Shown here: positions 20,911-29,978 of the stretch, in pieces
How the letters are laid out: each line of letters starts with the position of its first letter
How positions within the stretch are numbered: the first letter of the stretch is position 1
Position numbers and translations under genes: made by a program
Origin: Pseudonocardiaceae bacterium
Lineage (GTDB): Bacteria > Actinomycetota > Actinomycetes > Mycobacteriales > Pseudonocardiaceae
DNA: 64,000 nucleotides
NCBI GenBank assembly: GCA_035640155.1
Contig: DASQWR010000240.1
Coordinates: 11,945-75,944, forward strand
Direction: 5' to 3'
Notes under the pieces: generated by a model
The model's input: the letters and a program-made list of their open reading frames with translations, nothing else
Told to the model about the DNA's origin: nothing
The model's database searches: none

Positions 20911-20955
20911 CGGGGACGAGGAATGACGGGGGCGAGGAATGACGGGGGCGAGGGG
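20901..20955. repeat. 16-bp tandem repeat x3.4 (CGAGGAATGACGGGGG)
   Basis: Units at 20901-16, 20917-32 and 20933-48, plus partial 20949-55. The first unit contains the DUF4192 stop codon. Confidence 0.9.
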
Positions 20956-20965
20956 TGGACGGAGA

Positions 20966-21919
20966 TCAGCGTCCCCAGCGGGCGAACTCCCACGCGTCGG
21001 CGACGATGGCGGCGAGCTCGGCCCGCTCAGGCTTCCACCCCAGGTCGGTGCGAGCCCGTTCACTCGACGCGATGAGCACCGCGGGGTCCCCGGGGCGGCG
21101 CCGGGCGACCTCGGCCGGGATCGGGTGACCGGTGACCTCCCGGCAGGTCTGCACCACCTGGTGCACCGAGAACCCGGTGCCGTTGCCGAGGTTGTAGATC
21201 CGGTGCTCGCCGGGCACGGCACGGAAGAGGGCCAGCTCGTGGGCGTCGGCGAGGTCCACCACGTGGATGTAGTCCCGGACGCAGGTGCCGTCCAGGGTGG
21301 GCCAGTCGTCACCGAACACCATGATCTTCTCTCGCCGGCCCTGCGCCACCTGCAGCACCAGCGGGATGAGGTGCGTCTCGGGGCAGTGCCGCTCGCCGCG
21401 CCGGCCGTAGGCACCCGCCACGTTGAAGTAGCGCAGGCTCACCGCCGCGACACCGTGCGCGGCGGCGTAGGAGCTGATCGCGTGGTCGATTGCGAGCTTG
21501 GTCGCGCCGTAGGTGTTGGTCGGGACGGCCGGGTCGATTTCGGGAATCGGCACCGTCTCCGGCTCGCCGTAGGTGGCCGCGGTGGAGGAGAACACCAGCC
21601 GTGGGGTGCCGTGCTCGCGCATGGCTTCCAGCAACCGCACCGAGGCCACCACGTTACCCAGCCAGTACAGTTGCGGATCGGTCATCGACTCGCCCACCAG
21701 CGAGCGAGCGGCGAAGTGCAGGACGCCGTCGAACCCCTCGGCGAGGACCGCGCCCGCCTCGGCGACGTCGCCTGGCACGAGGCGGGCGCCGTCGGGGACG
21801 GCATCCGCATGGCCGGTGCACAGGTTGTCGAGCACCACCACCTCGTGCCCCGCCTCGAGCAGCCGGGCGGCGCACACGCTGCCGACGTACCCGGCACCTC
21901 CGGTGACCAGGAGCTTCAT
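20966..21919 (-). CDS. galE: UDP-glucose 4-epimerase GalE
   Basis: [14 protein letters not shown] Rossmann motif, YGATK catalytic motif. Confidence 0.93.
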   Translation of the reverse strand: MKLLVTGGAGYVGSVCAARLLEAGHEVVVLDNLCTGHADAVPDGARLVPGDVAEAGAVLAEGFDGVLHFAARSLVGESMTDPQLYWLGNVVASVRLLEAMREHGTPRLVFSSTAATYGEPETVPIPEIDPAVPTNTYGATKLAIDHAISSYAAAHGVAAVSLRYFNVAGAYGRRGERHCPETHLIPLVLQVAQGRREKIMVFGDDWPTLDGTCVRDYIHVVDLADAHELALFRAVPGEHRIYNLGNGTGFSVHQVVQTCREVTGHPIPAEVARRRPGDPAVLIASSERARTDLGWKPERAELAAIVADAWEFARWGR

Positions 21920-21957
21920 CCGCGGCGTCGACATCGGTGGCGAGGTCGGCGTGGGCG

Positions 21958-22653
21958 TCACCGGAGGCGGACCAGCACGGCGTGTGCCACCGAGCTGGAC
22001 ACCTCGACGACGGATCCGCCGCCGTGCAACGCCACGAGTGATCCGGCCCGTTGCTGCGCGGAGACGTCGATCTCGTTGCCCGGTACCGCGTCGACCTTGT
22101 GCAGCTCGGCCATCAGGGTCGGGTCGAGCTGGATGTGCTCGGCGATCCGCCGGATCTCGACGCGTCCTCCGCCGCGGCGCGACACCTCGTCCAGCCGGAG
22201 CAGGTCCGGGTCGATGGCGGGGGCGGGCTCGCCCAGACCCAGCTCATCCAACCCCGGGATCGGGTTGCCGTAGGGCGAGACGGTCGGGTTGTCCAGCAGC
22301 GCCACCAGCTTGCGCTCCACGGCCTCGCTCATCACGTGTTCCCACCGGCACGCCTCGGAGTGCACCTGCTCCCACTCGAGGCCGATCACGTCGATCAGCA
22401 GCCGCTCGGCGAGGCGATGCTTGCGCATCACCGACACCGCCCGGTTGCGCCCGTTCGCCGTCAGCTCCAGGTGCCGGTCGTCGGCCACCACGAGCAGCCC
22501 GTCCCGCTCCATCCGGGCCACCGTCTGGCTCACGGTGGGGCCGCTCTGCGCGAGCCGTTCGGCGATGCGTGCGCGCAGCGGAACGACGCCCTCCTCCTCC
22601 AGCTCGTATATGGTGCGGAGGTACATCTCCGTGGTGTCGATGAGATCGTTCAC
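21958..22653 (-). CDS. ideR: Iron-dependent repressor IdeR (DtxR family)
   Basis: [22 protein letters not shown]..., metal-site residues in [10 protein letters not shown]...[10 protein letters not shown]3-like C-domain. GTG 22653 gives 231 aa. Confidence 0.93.
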   Translation of the reverse strand: MNDLIDTTEMYLRTIYELEEEGVVPLRARIAERLAQSGPTVSQTVARMERDGLLVVADDRHLELTANGRNRAVSVMRKHRLAERLLIDVIGLEWEQVHSEACRWEHVMSEAVERKLVALLDNPTVSPYGNPIPGLDELGLGEPAPAIDPDLLRLDEVSRRGGGRVEIRRIAEHIQLDPTLMAELHKVDAVPGNEIDVSAQQRAGSLVALHGGGSVVEVSSSVAHAVLVRLR

Positions 22654-22750
22654 GGCTACCCCGTTCGTCAGCGTCCATCGTAGCCGCCCCCGGTGATCAT
22701 TCGTCGGTGCGGGCGGCAGGGGAACCCGCTGCGGTGCGAGGATCCTCCGC

Positions 22751-23617
22751 ATGCACCCCGTGATCAGCCCGGACGAGCTCGCGCGGCTCCTGGCCGGCCC
22801 CGCACCCCCCGCCGTGCTCGATGTGCGCTGGACGCTGGGCGGACCGGCCGGCCGGGACGAGTACGACGCCGGGCACCTACCGGGTGCGCAGTTCCTCGAC
22901 GTCGACACCGACCTCGCGGGCCCGGCGGGCTCCGGGGGTCGGCACCCGCTGCCCGACCCCGCCGCGCTGCAGGAGGCACTGCGCGCCGCCGGCGTGCGAT
23001 CGGAGCGGTCGGTCGTCGCCTACGACTCCGCGGACGGTTCGGTGGCGGCCCGGGCCTGGTGGTTGCTGCGCTGGGCGGGGCACCGCGACGTCGCGGTGCT
23101 CGACGGCGGCTACCGCGCCTGGACCGCGCACGGCCTGCCGGTCAGCACCCGGCCCGCTGCGTCCGAGCCGGGGACGCTCACCGTGCGACCGGGCGCGATG
23201 CCGGTGCTCGACACCGGGCAGGCCGCGGCACTCGCCCGCGACGGGGTGCTGCTCGACGCTCGGGCGCCGGCCCGCTACCGCGGAGAGGAGGAACCGATCG
23301 ACCCGCGGGCCGGGCACGTGCCCGGTGCCCGCAGTGCCCCGTTCACCGCGCTTACCGACGCGGACGGCCGGTGGCTGCCCCCGCAGCACGTGCGGGAGCT
23401 CGCGGCTGGCTGGGGACTCGCGGCTGGCTGGGGACCCGCGGGACACTCGGTCGGCGCCTACTGCGGCTCCGGTGTCACGGCCTGTGCTCTGGTGCTGGCC
23501 TTGGAGCACGCCGGCATCACCGATCCCGACCACCCGGTGGCGCTCTACTCGGGGTCGTGGTCCCAGTGGTGCACCGACCCGTCGCGTCCGGTGGCGACCG
23601 GACCCAAGCCCGGCTAG
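22751..23617 (+). CDS. Thiosulfate/3-mercaptopyruvate sulfurtransferase (tandem rhodanese)
   Basis: Two rhodanese domains, active-site loop YCGSGVTA. Confidence 0.9.
   Translation: MHPVISPDELARLLAGPAPPAVLDVRWTLGGPAGRDEYDAGHLPGAQFLDVDTDLAGPAGSGGRHPLPDPAALQEALRAAGVRSERSVVAYDSADGSVAARAWWLLRWAGHRDVAVLDGGYRAWTAHGLPVSTRPAASEPGTLTVRPGAMPVLDTGQAAALARDGVLLDARAPARYRGEEEPIDPRAGHVPGARSAPFTALTDADGRWLPPQHVRELAAGWGLAAGWGPAGHSVGAYCGSGVTACALVLALEHAGITDPDHPVALYSGSWSQWCTDPSRPVATGPKPG
23409..23444 (+). repeat. Perfect in-frame 18-bp tandem duplication (CTCGCGGCTGGCTGGGGA x2) inside the sulfurtransferase
   Basis: Encodes LAAGWG-LAAGWG, about 10 residues before the catalytic Cys loop. Confidence 0.9.
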
Positions 23618-23696
23618 CGCACCAGCCTGGTCAACACATCGCGGGGCCGGCGCGGAGGGATGCGACCGCGCTGGCCGGGGCGGTAGCGTCTCGGCC

Positions 23697-24905
23697 ATGT
23701 CGAGCTCCGCCATCGTGCGGTCCGCTGCCGCCGAGCGGTCCGCCGCCGTGGTATGGGACGAGGCATTCCTGGCCTATGACCTGGGTGGCCACCACCCGCT
23801 CGACCCGGTCCGGCTGGACCTGACGATGCGCTTGGCGCGCTCGCTCGGGGTGCTCGACGGCGTGCAGCCCCTCGCCCCGGTGGTCGCGACCGAGGAGCAG
23901 CTGCTGGCCGCGCACTCGGCCGAGTACCTCGACGCGGTACGGGCCGCCCCGAAGGTGCGGTTCCCGGTCGGGCACGGTCTCGGCACCTCGGACAACCCGG
24001 TGTTCGCCGGGATGCACGAGGCGTCGGCGCTGGTGGCCGGGGGTTCGGTCCTCGCCGCCGAGCAGATCTCCTCGGGCCGGGTGCGGCGGGCGGTGAACAT
24101 CGCAGGTGGGCTGCACCACGCGATGCGTGACCACGCGTCCGGCTTCTGCGTCTACAACGACTGTGTGCTCGCGATCCGGCACCTGCTCGACCACGGCGCT
24201 GCCCGGGTGGCCTACGTGGACGTCGATGTGCACCACGGGGACGGGGTGCAGGTCGCGTTCTTCGACGACCCCCGGGTGCTCACCATCTCGCTGCACCAGC
24301 ACCCGGACACGTTGTGGCCCGGCTCCGGACGCCCCGGCGAGATCGGCAAGGATCCCGCGGCGGGGTGCGCGGTGAACGTCGCGCTGCCGCCCGGCACCGG
24401 CGACTCCGGCTGGCTGCGTGCCTTTCACGCGGTGGTGCCCGGGCTGCTGCGCTCCTTCGCTCCGGACGTTCTGGTGACCCAACACGGCGCCGACACCCAC
24501 GCCGAGGACCCGCTCGCCGACCTCGCGCTGTCGGTGGATGGCCAGCGCGCCGCGCAGCAGGCGCTGCGGGCGCTGGCCGAGGAGGTCGCAGGCGGCCGCT
24601 GGCTCGCGCTGGGCGGCGGGGGGTACTCGTTGTTCCGGGTGGTGCCACGGTCCTGGACCCACCTGCTGGCCACTGTGCTGGACCGCGACCTGGACCCGGA
24701 CACCCCGGTGCCCCCGCAGTGGACGGCGTACACCGCCGAGCTGGCCCGCGGGGCACGGCTGCCGTCGTCGATGACCGACGGGCTCGACCCGGAGTGGACG
24801 ACGTGGGACGGCGCCGGTGACACCGGCGTGGACCGCGGGATCCGGGAGACCCGTCGCGCGGTGTACCCGATGCACGGCCTGGACCCCGATGACCCCCGGG
24901 ACTGA
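23697..24905 (+). CDS. Histone deacetylase-family enzyme (AcuC / acetylpolyamine amidohydrolase-like)
   Basis: GGLHHAM, DVDVHHGDG and a conserved C-terminal GGGGY motif. ATG 23697 inside track ORF 22821..24905. Confidence 0.88.
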   Translation: MSSSAIVRSAAAERSAAVVWDEAFLAYDLGGHHPLDPVRLDLTMRLARSLGVLDGVQPLAPVVATEEQLLAAHSAEYLDAVRAAPKVRFPVGHGLGTSDNPVFAGMHEASALVAGGSVLAAEQISSGRVRRAVNIAGGLHHAMRDHASGFCVYNDCVLAIRHLLDHGAARVAYVDVDVHHGDGVQVAFFDDPRVLTISLHQHPDTLWPGSGRPGEIGKDPAAGCAVNVALPPGTGDSGWLRAFHAVVPGLLRSFAPDVLVTQHGADTHAEDPLADLALSVDGQRAAQQALRALAEEVAGGRWLALGGGGYSLFRVVPRSWTHLLATVLDRDLDPDTPVPPQWTAYTAELARGARLPSSMTDGLDPEWTTWDGAGDTGVDRGIRETRRAVYPMHGLDPDDPRD

Positions 24906-24956
24906 GATGCCCGGGACCATGTGGGCCGTGCCAGAGCCTGGGGGGATGAGTCGGAA

Positions 24957-24985
24957 GGCCGGGCCCCGCCCCGACGGGCCCGACC
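24957..24985 (+). terminator. Hairpin (9/10-bp stem, 9-nt loop) about 50 nt after the deacetylase stop
   Basis: GGCCGGGCCC-N9-GGGCCCGACC. Confidence 0.35.
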
Positions 24986-25113
24986 TCCCGGGGCGCGCGA
25001 CGCGGAGGGGTGGCCGCAGCATCGCGTGAGTCTCTGTCTACTGACAGTGCCCGGCCGATCGCTACGAGTCAACGCGGCCGTTCGGGCGAAAAGCGGTGAC
25101 GGAGAGTCAGGCC

Positions 25114-26088
25114 TCAGCTGGCGTAAGCCCGCAGTCGCTCGGCGCGGTCGCCCTGGCGGAGCTTGGCCATCACCTCGCGCTCGATCTGGCGGACCCGCTC
25201 CCGGGACAGCCCGAAGCGCTTGCCGATCTGGTCCAGCGTCCGGGGCTGCCCGTCGTCCAGGCCGTAGCGCAGCCGGATGACGTTCTGCTCGCGCTCGTCG
25301 AGGGTGGCCAGCACGCGGCGTAGGTCGTCCTGCAGGAAACCGGAGATCACCGCGGACTCAGCGTCGGCCGCTTCGGAGTCTTCGATGAAGTCCCCGAGCG
25401 GAGCCTCCTCCTCGGCGCCGACCGGCATGTCCAGGCTCACCGGATCCCGGGAGTGGTCGAGCAGGTCGGAGATCTTCTCCGCGGGGATCCCGGTCTCGGC
25501 CGAGAGCTCCTCGTGGGTGGCTTCCCGGCCGGACCGCTGGTGCAGGTCCCGCTTGACCCGGGCGAGCTTGTTGACCTGCTCGACCAGGTGGACGGGGAGC
25601 CGGATCGTGCGGCTCTGGTCGGCCATGCCGCGGGTGATGGCCTGGCGGATCCACCAGGTGGCGTAGGTGGAGAACTTGAAGCCCTTGGTGTAGTCGAACT
25701 TCTCCACCGCCCGGATCAACCCCAGGTTGCCTTCCTGGATGAGGTCCAGCAGCGGCATGCCACGTCCGGTATAGCGCTTGGCCAGCGACACCACCAGGCG
25801 CAGGTTCGCCTCCAGCAGGTGGTCCTTGGCGCGCTGACCCTCGCGCACCAGCTGGCGCAGGTCTGCCCGGCGGGTGGGGGAGATCCGCGCTCCGGAGTCG
25901 AGCACATGACGGGCAAAGACACCGGCCTCGATCCGCTTGGCGAGATCGACCTCGTCCTGCGCAGTGAGCAGCGCGGTGCGTCCGATACCGTTGAGGTAGA
26001 CGCGCACCAGGTCGGCGGCCGGGCTCTGCGCGTCGAGGTCGGCCTCGGTGGCGCTGGGCCGCTCGCCGGAGATCTGCGCGGCGGTCAT
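25114..26088 (-). CDS. sigB: RNA polymerase sigma factor SigB (group 2, principal-like)
   Basis: Regions 1.2-4.2 ([61 protein letters not shown]). ATG 26088 preceded by GGGAGGG. Confidence 0.93.
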   Translation of the reverse strand: MTAAQISGERPSATEADLDAQSPAADLVRVYLNGIGRTALLTAQDEVDLAKRIEAGVFARHVLDSGARISPTRRADLRQLVREGQRAKDHLLEANLRLVVSLAKRYTGRGMPLLDLIQEGNLGLIRAVEKFDYTKGFKFSTYATWWIRQAITRGMADQSRTIRLPVHLVEQVNKLARVKRDLHQRSGREATHEELSAETGIPAEKISDLLDHSRDPVSLDMPVGAEEEAPLGDFIEDSEAADAESAVISGFLQDDLRRVLATLDEREQNVIRLRYGLDDGQPRTLDQIGKRFGLSRERVRQIEREVMAKLRQGDRAERLRAYAS

Positions 26089-26190
26089 CGGATCCCTCCC
26101 TGAGTACGGTGTCACTGGCACAACGCTCCGGCCCGGGATTCCGTTCCCGAGCCCCTGCGAGGCGGCTGGCGGGCGCCCACCACGACCAGC

Positions 26191-26616
26191 TCAGACCTCG
26201 ACCAGCACCGTGAACGGCCCGTCGTTCACGGTGCGTACCGCCATCGGGGCGCCGAAGCGACCGGTGACCACGGGGGCACCGCGCTCCCGGAGCCTGCGCA
26301 CGACGTCCGCCACGAGCGGCTCGGCCTGCTCCGGGCGGGCGGCCGCCGCATAGGAGGGGCGCCGGCCCTTGCCGGTGGTGGCGTACAGGGTGAACTGGCT
26401 CACCACCAGCAGGCCCGCCCCGGTCTCCGCGCAGGAGCGCTCACCGCGCAGGATGCGCAGCTCGTGGAGCTTGCGGGCCATCGTCGTCGCCTGCTCCGAC
26501 CCGTCGTCGTGGGTGACGCCCAGCAGCACCAGCAGCCCGGAGCCGGCCAGCTCACCCACGACCTCGCCGTCCACCGAGACCGAGGCCTCGAGGACGCGAC
26601 TGACCACGGCCCTCAT
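26191..26616 (-). CDS. dtd: D-aminoacyl-tRNA deacylase
   Basis: MRAVV.RV...V, SQFTLYA, NDGPFT motifs. 141 aa. Confidence 0.92.
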   Translation of the reverse strand: MRAVVSRVLEASVSVDGEVVGELAGSGLLVLLGVTHDDGSEQATTMARKLHELRILRGERSCAETGAGLLVVSQFTLYATTGKGRRPSYAAAARPEQAEPLVADVVRRLRERGAPVVTGRFGAPMAVRTVNDGPFTVLVEV

Positions 26617-27437
26617 GCCTCCAGCCTGGCCAGGGGCGGGAAGGGCACCACCGCGACGGTGATGTCGTCGTGTCCCCCGCCGTCCAGCGCGATCGCGGTC
26701 AGCACCCTGGCGGCCGCCAGCGGGTCCTCGTGGGCCAGCGGCAACGCGGCCGCGGCGATGGTCTCGGCGTCGTCCAGGTAGTGCCACAACCCGTCGCTGC
26801 AGACCAGTATCACGCCGGGCCCCTCGGGTTCGAGGGTGACGACGTGCGGGTCCACCTCGCCGGCGCTGCCCCCGAGCCAGCGGGTGATCACGCTGGCCCC
26901 CGGGTGGCGGCGAGCGGCCTCCTCGGTGAGCAGCCCGGCACCCACCATCTCCGCAGTCCACGAGTCGTCCGTTGTGAGCTTTCGTGACGAGGTGTCGGAC
27001 AGCCAGTAGGCACGGCTGTCACCGACCCACCCGACGGTGACCGACGTGGCGGCGACAACGGCGGAGACGTAGGTGCATGACGGCTTGTGCACCGTCTCGG
27101 AGCCCGCCTGGTCGGCCGCCGCGCGTGCAGCGGCGGCCACCGCGGCCCTGGTGGCCACGTCGCTGTCGCCATCGGGGAGCTCCTCGACCAACACCGCCGC
27201 GGCGGTGCGGGCGGCGGCCAGCGAGGCGCGCTCCGGGTGCTCCGAGGACGACACCCCGTCGCAGACCACCGCCACGACGGCCACCGGGCGGGCGAGCACG
27301 GCGAGCGCCATCGCGTCCTCGTTGCGGCGGTGTCGGCGCCCCCGGTCGCTGACCCCACCGACCCCACTCGATCCGAGCTCGACGCGGTCCCGGGCGGCGG
27401 TGTCGGCCTGCCAGACGAGAGTCACGGAGCCACTCAT
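26613..27437 (-). CDS. PP2C-family Ser/Thr protein phosphatase
   Basis: RNEDA, VCDGVS, VGDSRAY, CSDGLW and GGHDDITV motifs. Its TGA overlaps the dtd ATG (ATGA). Confidence 0.85.
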   Translation of the reverse strand: MSGSVTLVWQADTAARDRVELGSSGVGGVSDRGRRHRRNEDAMALAVLARPVAVVAVVCDGVSSSEHPERASLAAARTAAAVLVEELPDGDSDVATRAAVAAAARAAADQAGSETVHKPSCTYVSAVVAATSVTVGWVGDSRAYWLSDTSSRKLTTDDSWTAEMVGAGLLTEEAARRHPGASVITRWLGGSAGEVDPHVVTLEPEGPGVILVCSDGLWHYLDDAETIAAAALPLAHEDPLAAARVLTAIALDGGGHDDITVAVVPFPPLARLEA

Positions 27438-27491
27438 GTCCGCCCCTCCGATCCGCAGCGCCCCGTTGGCCGCGCGTGTCACCATCAGGGC

Positions 27492-28064
27492 ATGAGGCGT
27501 GTGTTGCATCTTACCCAGGACGACGCGGCCGACGCGCTGCTCTCGGACAGCTGGCTCGCGCTGCTGATCGGCATGCTGCTCGACCAGCAGATCCCGATGG
27601 AACAGGCGTTCCGTGGTCCCCGCACGCTCGCGGAGCGTCTCGGCGGTCTCGACGCCCGGAGCATCGCGGCGACCGATCCGGACGTGCTGGCGGCGGCGTG
27701 TGCCGGTCCGCCCGCCGTGCACCGCTTTCCCGGCTCGATGGCAAAACGGATCCACGCCCTCTGCGAACACCTCGTGGCGGAGCACGGCGGGGCGGTGGAG
27801 GAGCTGTGGACCGCGGGGGAGCCCTACGGACCGGAGGTGCTGCGGCGGTTGCGGAACCTGCCGGGGTTCGGCGAGCAGAAGGCGCAGATATTCCTGGCGT
27901 TGCTCGGAAAGCAGTGTGGCGTCCGGCCGACGGGATGGCGCGAGGCAGCCGGGCGCTACGGCGAGGACGGCGTGCACCGTTCGATCGCCGATGTGGTCGA
28001 CGCCCGTTCCGTCGAGCAGGTCCGCGCGTTCAAGAAGCAGGCCAAGGCTGCCGCGAAGCGGTGA
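27492..28064 (+). CDS. HhH-GPD-type base-excision-repair-like protein
   Basis: LLIGMLLDQQ...LPGFGEQKAQIFLALL helix-hairpin-helix segment. Lys-rich tail. Confidence 0.7.
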   Translation: MRRVLHLTQDDAADALLSDSWLALLIGMLLDQQIPMEQAFRGPRTLAERLGGLDARSIAATDPDVLAAACAGPPAVHRFPGSMAKRIHALCEHLVAEHGGAVEELWTAGEPYGPEVLRRLRNLPGFGEQKAQIFLALLGKQCGVRPTGWREAAGRYGEDGVHRSIADVVDARSVEQVRAFKKQAKAAAKR

Positions 28065-28122
28065 CCACCTCGTCCGACGCTCCGCGCCGGATGGTGGGAG
28101 CATGGAGCGAGGAGGTGGTCTG

Positions 28123-28455
28123 GTGAACGAGTCGCGCGGTCACGCCCATGGCGCTCGGAACGACGCTCCGGTCCTCATCACGCAGGCAGAGCCGTCCTAC
28201 GCCGATCAGTTCGCTCAGCGGCGACGCAAGTACGCGATCATCATGCTGGCGCGCATCCCGTGCCTGGCGCTGGCCGGCGTCTTCTACCAGACATGGTGGT
28301 TGGCGCTGACCTTCGTGCTCCTCTCGGTGCCGCTGCCGTGGATCGCCGTGCTCATCGCCAACGACCGACCGCCGCGCAAGACGGAGAACGCGAACCGCTT
28401 CCGCCAGCGATCCCGGGAGCTGGAGTCGCGGGAACACACAGTCATCGAGAGCTGA
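28123..28455 (+). CDS. DUF3099 domain-containing membrane protein (Rv2709-like)
   Basis: Two TM helices after RRRKYAIIM. GTG 28123 preceded by GAGGAGG. Confidence 0.7.
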   Translation: MNESRGHAHGARNDAPVLITQAEPSYADQFAQRRRKYAIIMLARIPCLALAGVFYQTWWLALTFVLLSVPLPWIAVLIANDRPPRKTENANRFRQRSRELESREHTVIES

Positions 28456-28475
28456 ACGAGCCTCCATGCGGCATC

Positions 28476-28739
28476 ATGGAGCTCGTGAGCGCGCCGACCA
28501 CAACGCTGCCCGATGTCGACACCCGCGGCGAGGAGACCGACCGCACCGGTGACGACGTCCCGAAGATGTTCCACTACGTGCGCAAGAACCAGATCGCCGA
28601 GAGCGCGGTCATGGGTAGCCACGTGGTCGCCCTGTGTGGGGAGGTGTTCCCCGTCACCAGGTCGCCGAAGCCGGGTTCCCCGGTCTGCCCGGAGTGCAAG
28701 GAGGTCTTCGACTCGCTCCCGCGGGGCGGCGGGGACTGA
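28476..28739 (+). CDS. DUF3039 domain-containing protein (Rv2708c-like)
   Basis: KMFHYVRKN...ALCGEVF...CPECK. Confidence 0.8.
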   Translation: MELVSAPTTTLPDVDTRGEETDRTGDDVPKMFHYVRKNQIAESAVMGSHVVALCGEVFPVTRSPKPGSPVCPECKEVFDSLPRGGGD

Positions 28740-28745
28740 GCGCGG

Positions 28746-29801
28746 CTAGCGGGCCGTATCGGGGGCGCCTACCGGGTCCGCCCGGCGATGCCAGGCTTCC
28801 CGCTTGGACTCGGCCCGTGCCCGGGCCGCGCGGCGGTCCATCTCGCGCCGGCGCCAGCGGCGACGTTCGCGCCGGGTCATGCGCACGGGCCACATCTCGA
28901 GGATCGCGTTGTTGAACTGCGCACCCAACACGATCGCCAACGCGAGGAAGAACGAGAACAGCAGGAACGCGATCGGGGTCGCGAGCGCGCCGTAGGTGTA
29001 GCCGGTACTGGTGACCCAGGAGATGTAGGACCGCAGCACAGCGCTGGAGACCAGGAACACCGCCATGGCCAGCAGCGCGCCGGGCAACCCGCGGTGCCAC
29101 GGGTGCTTGCGGGGCAGCGTCACCTTGTACAGCGTCGCGAGCCCGATGACCAGCAGCAGACCCAGCCCCGGATAGTAGAAGACCCCCACGAGGCTCGTGA
29201 CGTCCGCGCGCACGGGGGCCGGGAACAGCCGCGGGATCACCCCGGGGCCGATCGCCAGCAGCGGCAGCACCAGCACCGCGCCGAGCAGCGACACCAGGTA
29301 GAGCAGCAGGGCGAAGGTCCGCTGCCAGATCGGGTTGCGCACCTTGTGCTGCTGGTAGGCCCTCGTGATGGCATCTACCAGCGACGCCAGCGCCGAGGAC
29401 CCGGCCCACAGCGACAGCACGAACCCGACCGAGACGATCACACCCTGCCCCCGGTTGAGGATGTCGTCCACTGTGGGCCGGATGATCTGCCCGACCACGT
29501 CCGCGCTGAACACGGTGTCGCTGAACTGCAGGATCTCGGCCTGCACCATCCCGACGGTGGACGGACCGAACCATCCCGCTACGAAGCCGATGCTCCCCAG
29601 CAGGCCGAGCAGCAGCGGTGGTAGTGACAGCGCCTGCCAGAAGGCGGCCTGGGCGGACTGGCCCAGGATGCCGTCGTCCCACGCCTTCCACAGCGTGCGC
29701 GACACCAGGCGGATCGGCCCCCGGCGTCGCCGAGCTCCGGGGGCGGCATTCGGTGCCGCGGGCTCCCCGACGTGCCCGTGCGGCTCTGCTCCGGCGTCCA
29801 T
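28746..29801 (-). CDS. YihY/BrkB (virulence factor BrkB / RNase BN-like) family membrane protein (Rv2707-like)
   Basis: Six TM helices, AFWQALSLPPLLL signature region. ATG 29801 inside the chimeric track ORF 28746..31691. Confidence 0.85.
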   Translation of the reverse strand: MDAGAEPHGHVGEPAAPNAAPGARRRRGPIRLVSRTLWKAWDDGILGQSAQAAFWQALSLPPLLLGLLGSIGFVAGWFGPSTVGMVQAEILQFSDTVFSADVVGQIIRPTVDDILNRGQGVIVSVGFVLSLWAGSSALASLVDAITRAYQQHKVRNPIWQRTFALLLYLVSLLGAVLVLPLLAIGPGVIPRLFPAPVRADVTSLVGVFYYPGLGLLLVIGLATLYKVTLPRKHPWHRGLPGALLAMAVFLVSSAVLRSYISWVTSTGYTYGALATPIAFLLFSFFLALAIVLGAQFNNAILEMWPVRMTRRERRRWRRREMDRRAARARAESKREAWHRRADPVGAPDTAR

Positions 29802-29810
29802 GTCACCCTC

Positions 29811-29864
29811 CAGGATCCTCCATCCGGCCAGGATCCTCCATCCGGCCAGGATCCCCCAATCCGA
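29811..29864. repeat. 18-bp tandem repeat x3 (CAGGATCCTCCATCCGGC) directly upstream of the yihY start
   Basis: Units 29811-28 and 29829-46 are identical. Unit 29847-64 is degenerate. Confidence 0.9.
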
Positions 29865-29978
29865 CCGTTCGTACTCGGCAAGCGCTCGGACCGGTGTCGC
29901 TGCGAGCCGGCCGCCCGATGTGCTGGGACCGGTTAGGGTGGACGCCCGCACCGGCCTGAAAGGAGCGCATCGCTGCCC

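Noticed and set aside
20901-20955. Possibility that the short tandem repeats (20901, 23409, 29811) are CRISPR arrays
   Set aside because: The units are contiguous with no spacers, only 16-18 bp long with 2-3 copies, and there are no cas genes.
22654-22750. Looked for an IdeR box (TTAGGTTAGGCTAACCTAA-like) in the ideR / sulfurtransferase divergent region
   Set aside because: No AT-rich 19-bp palindrome is present and the region is uniformly GC-rich.
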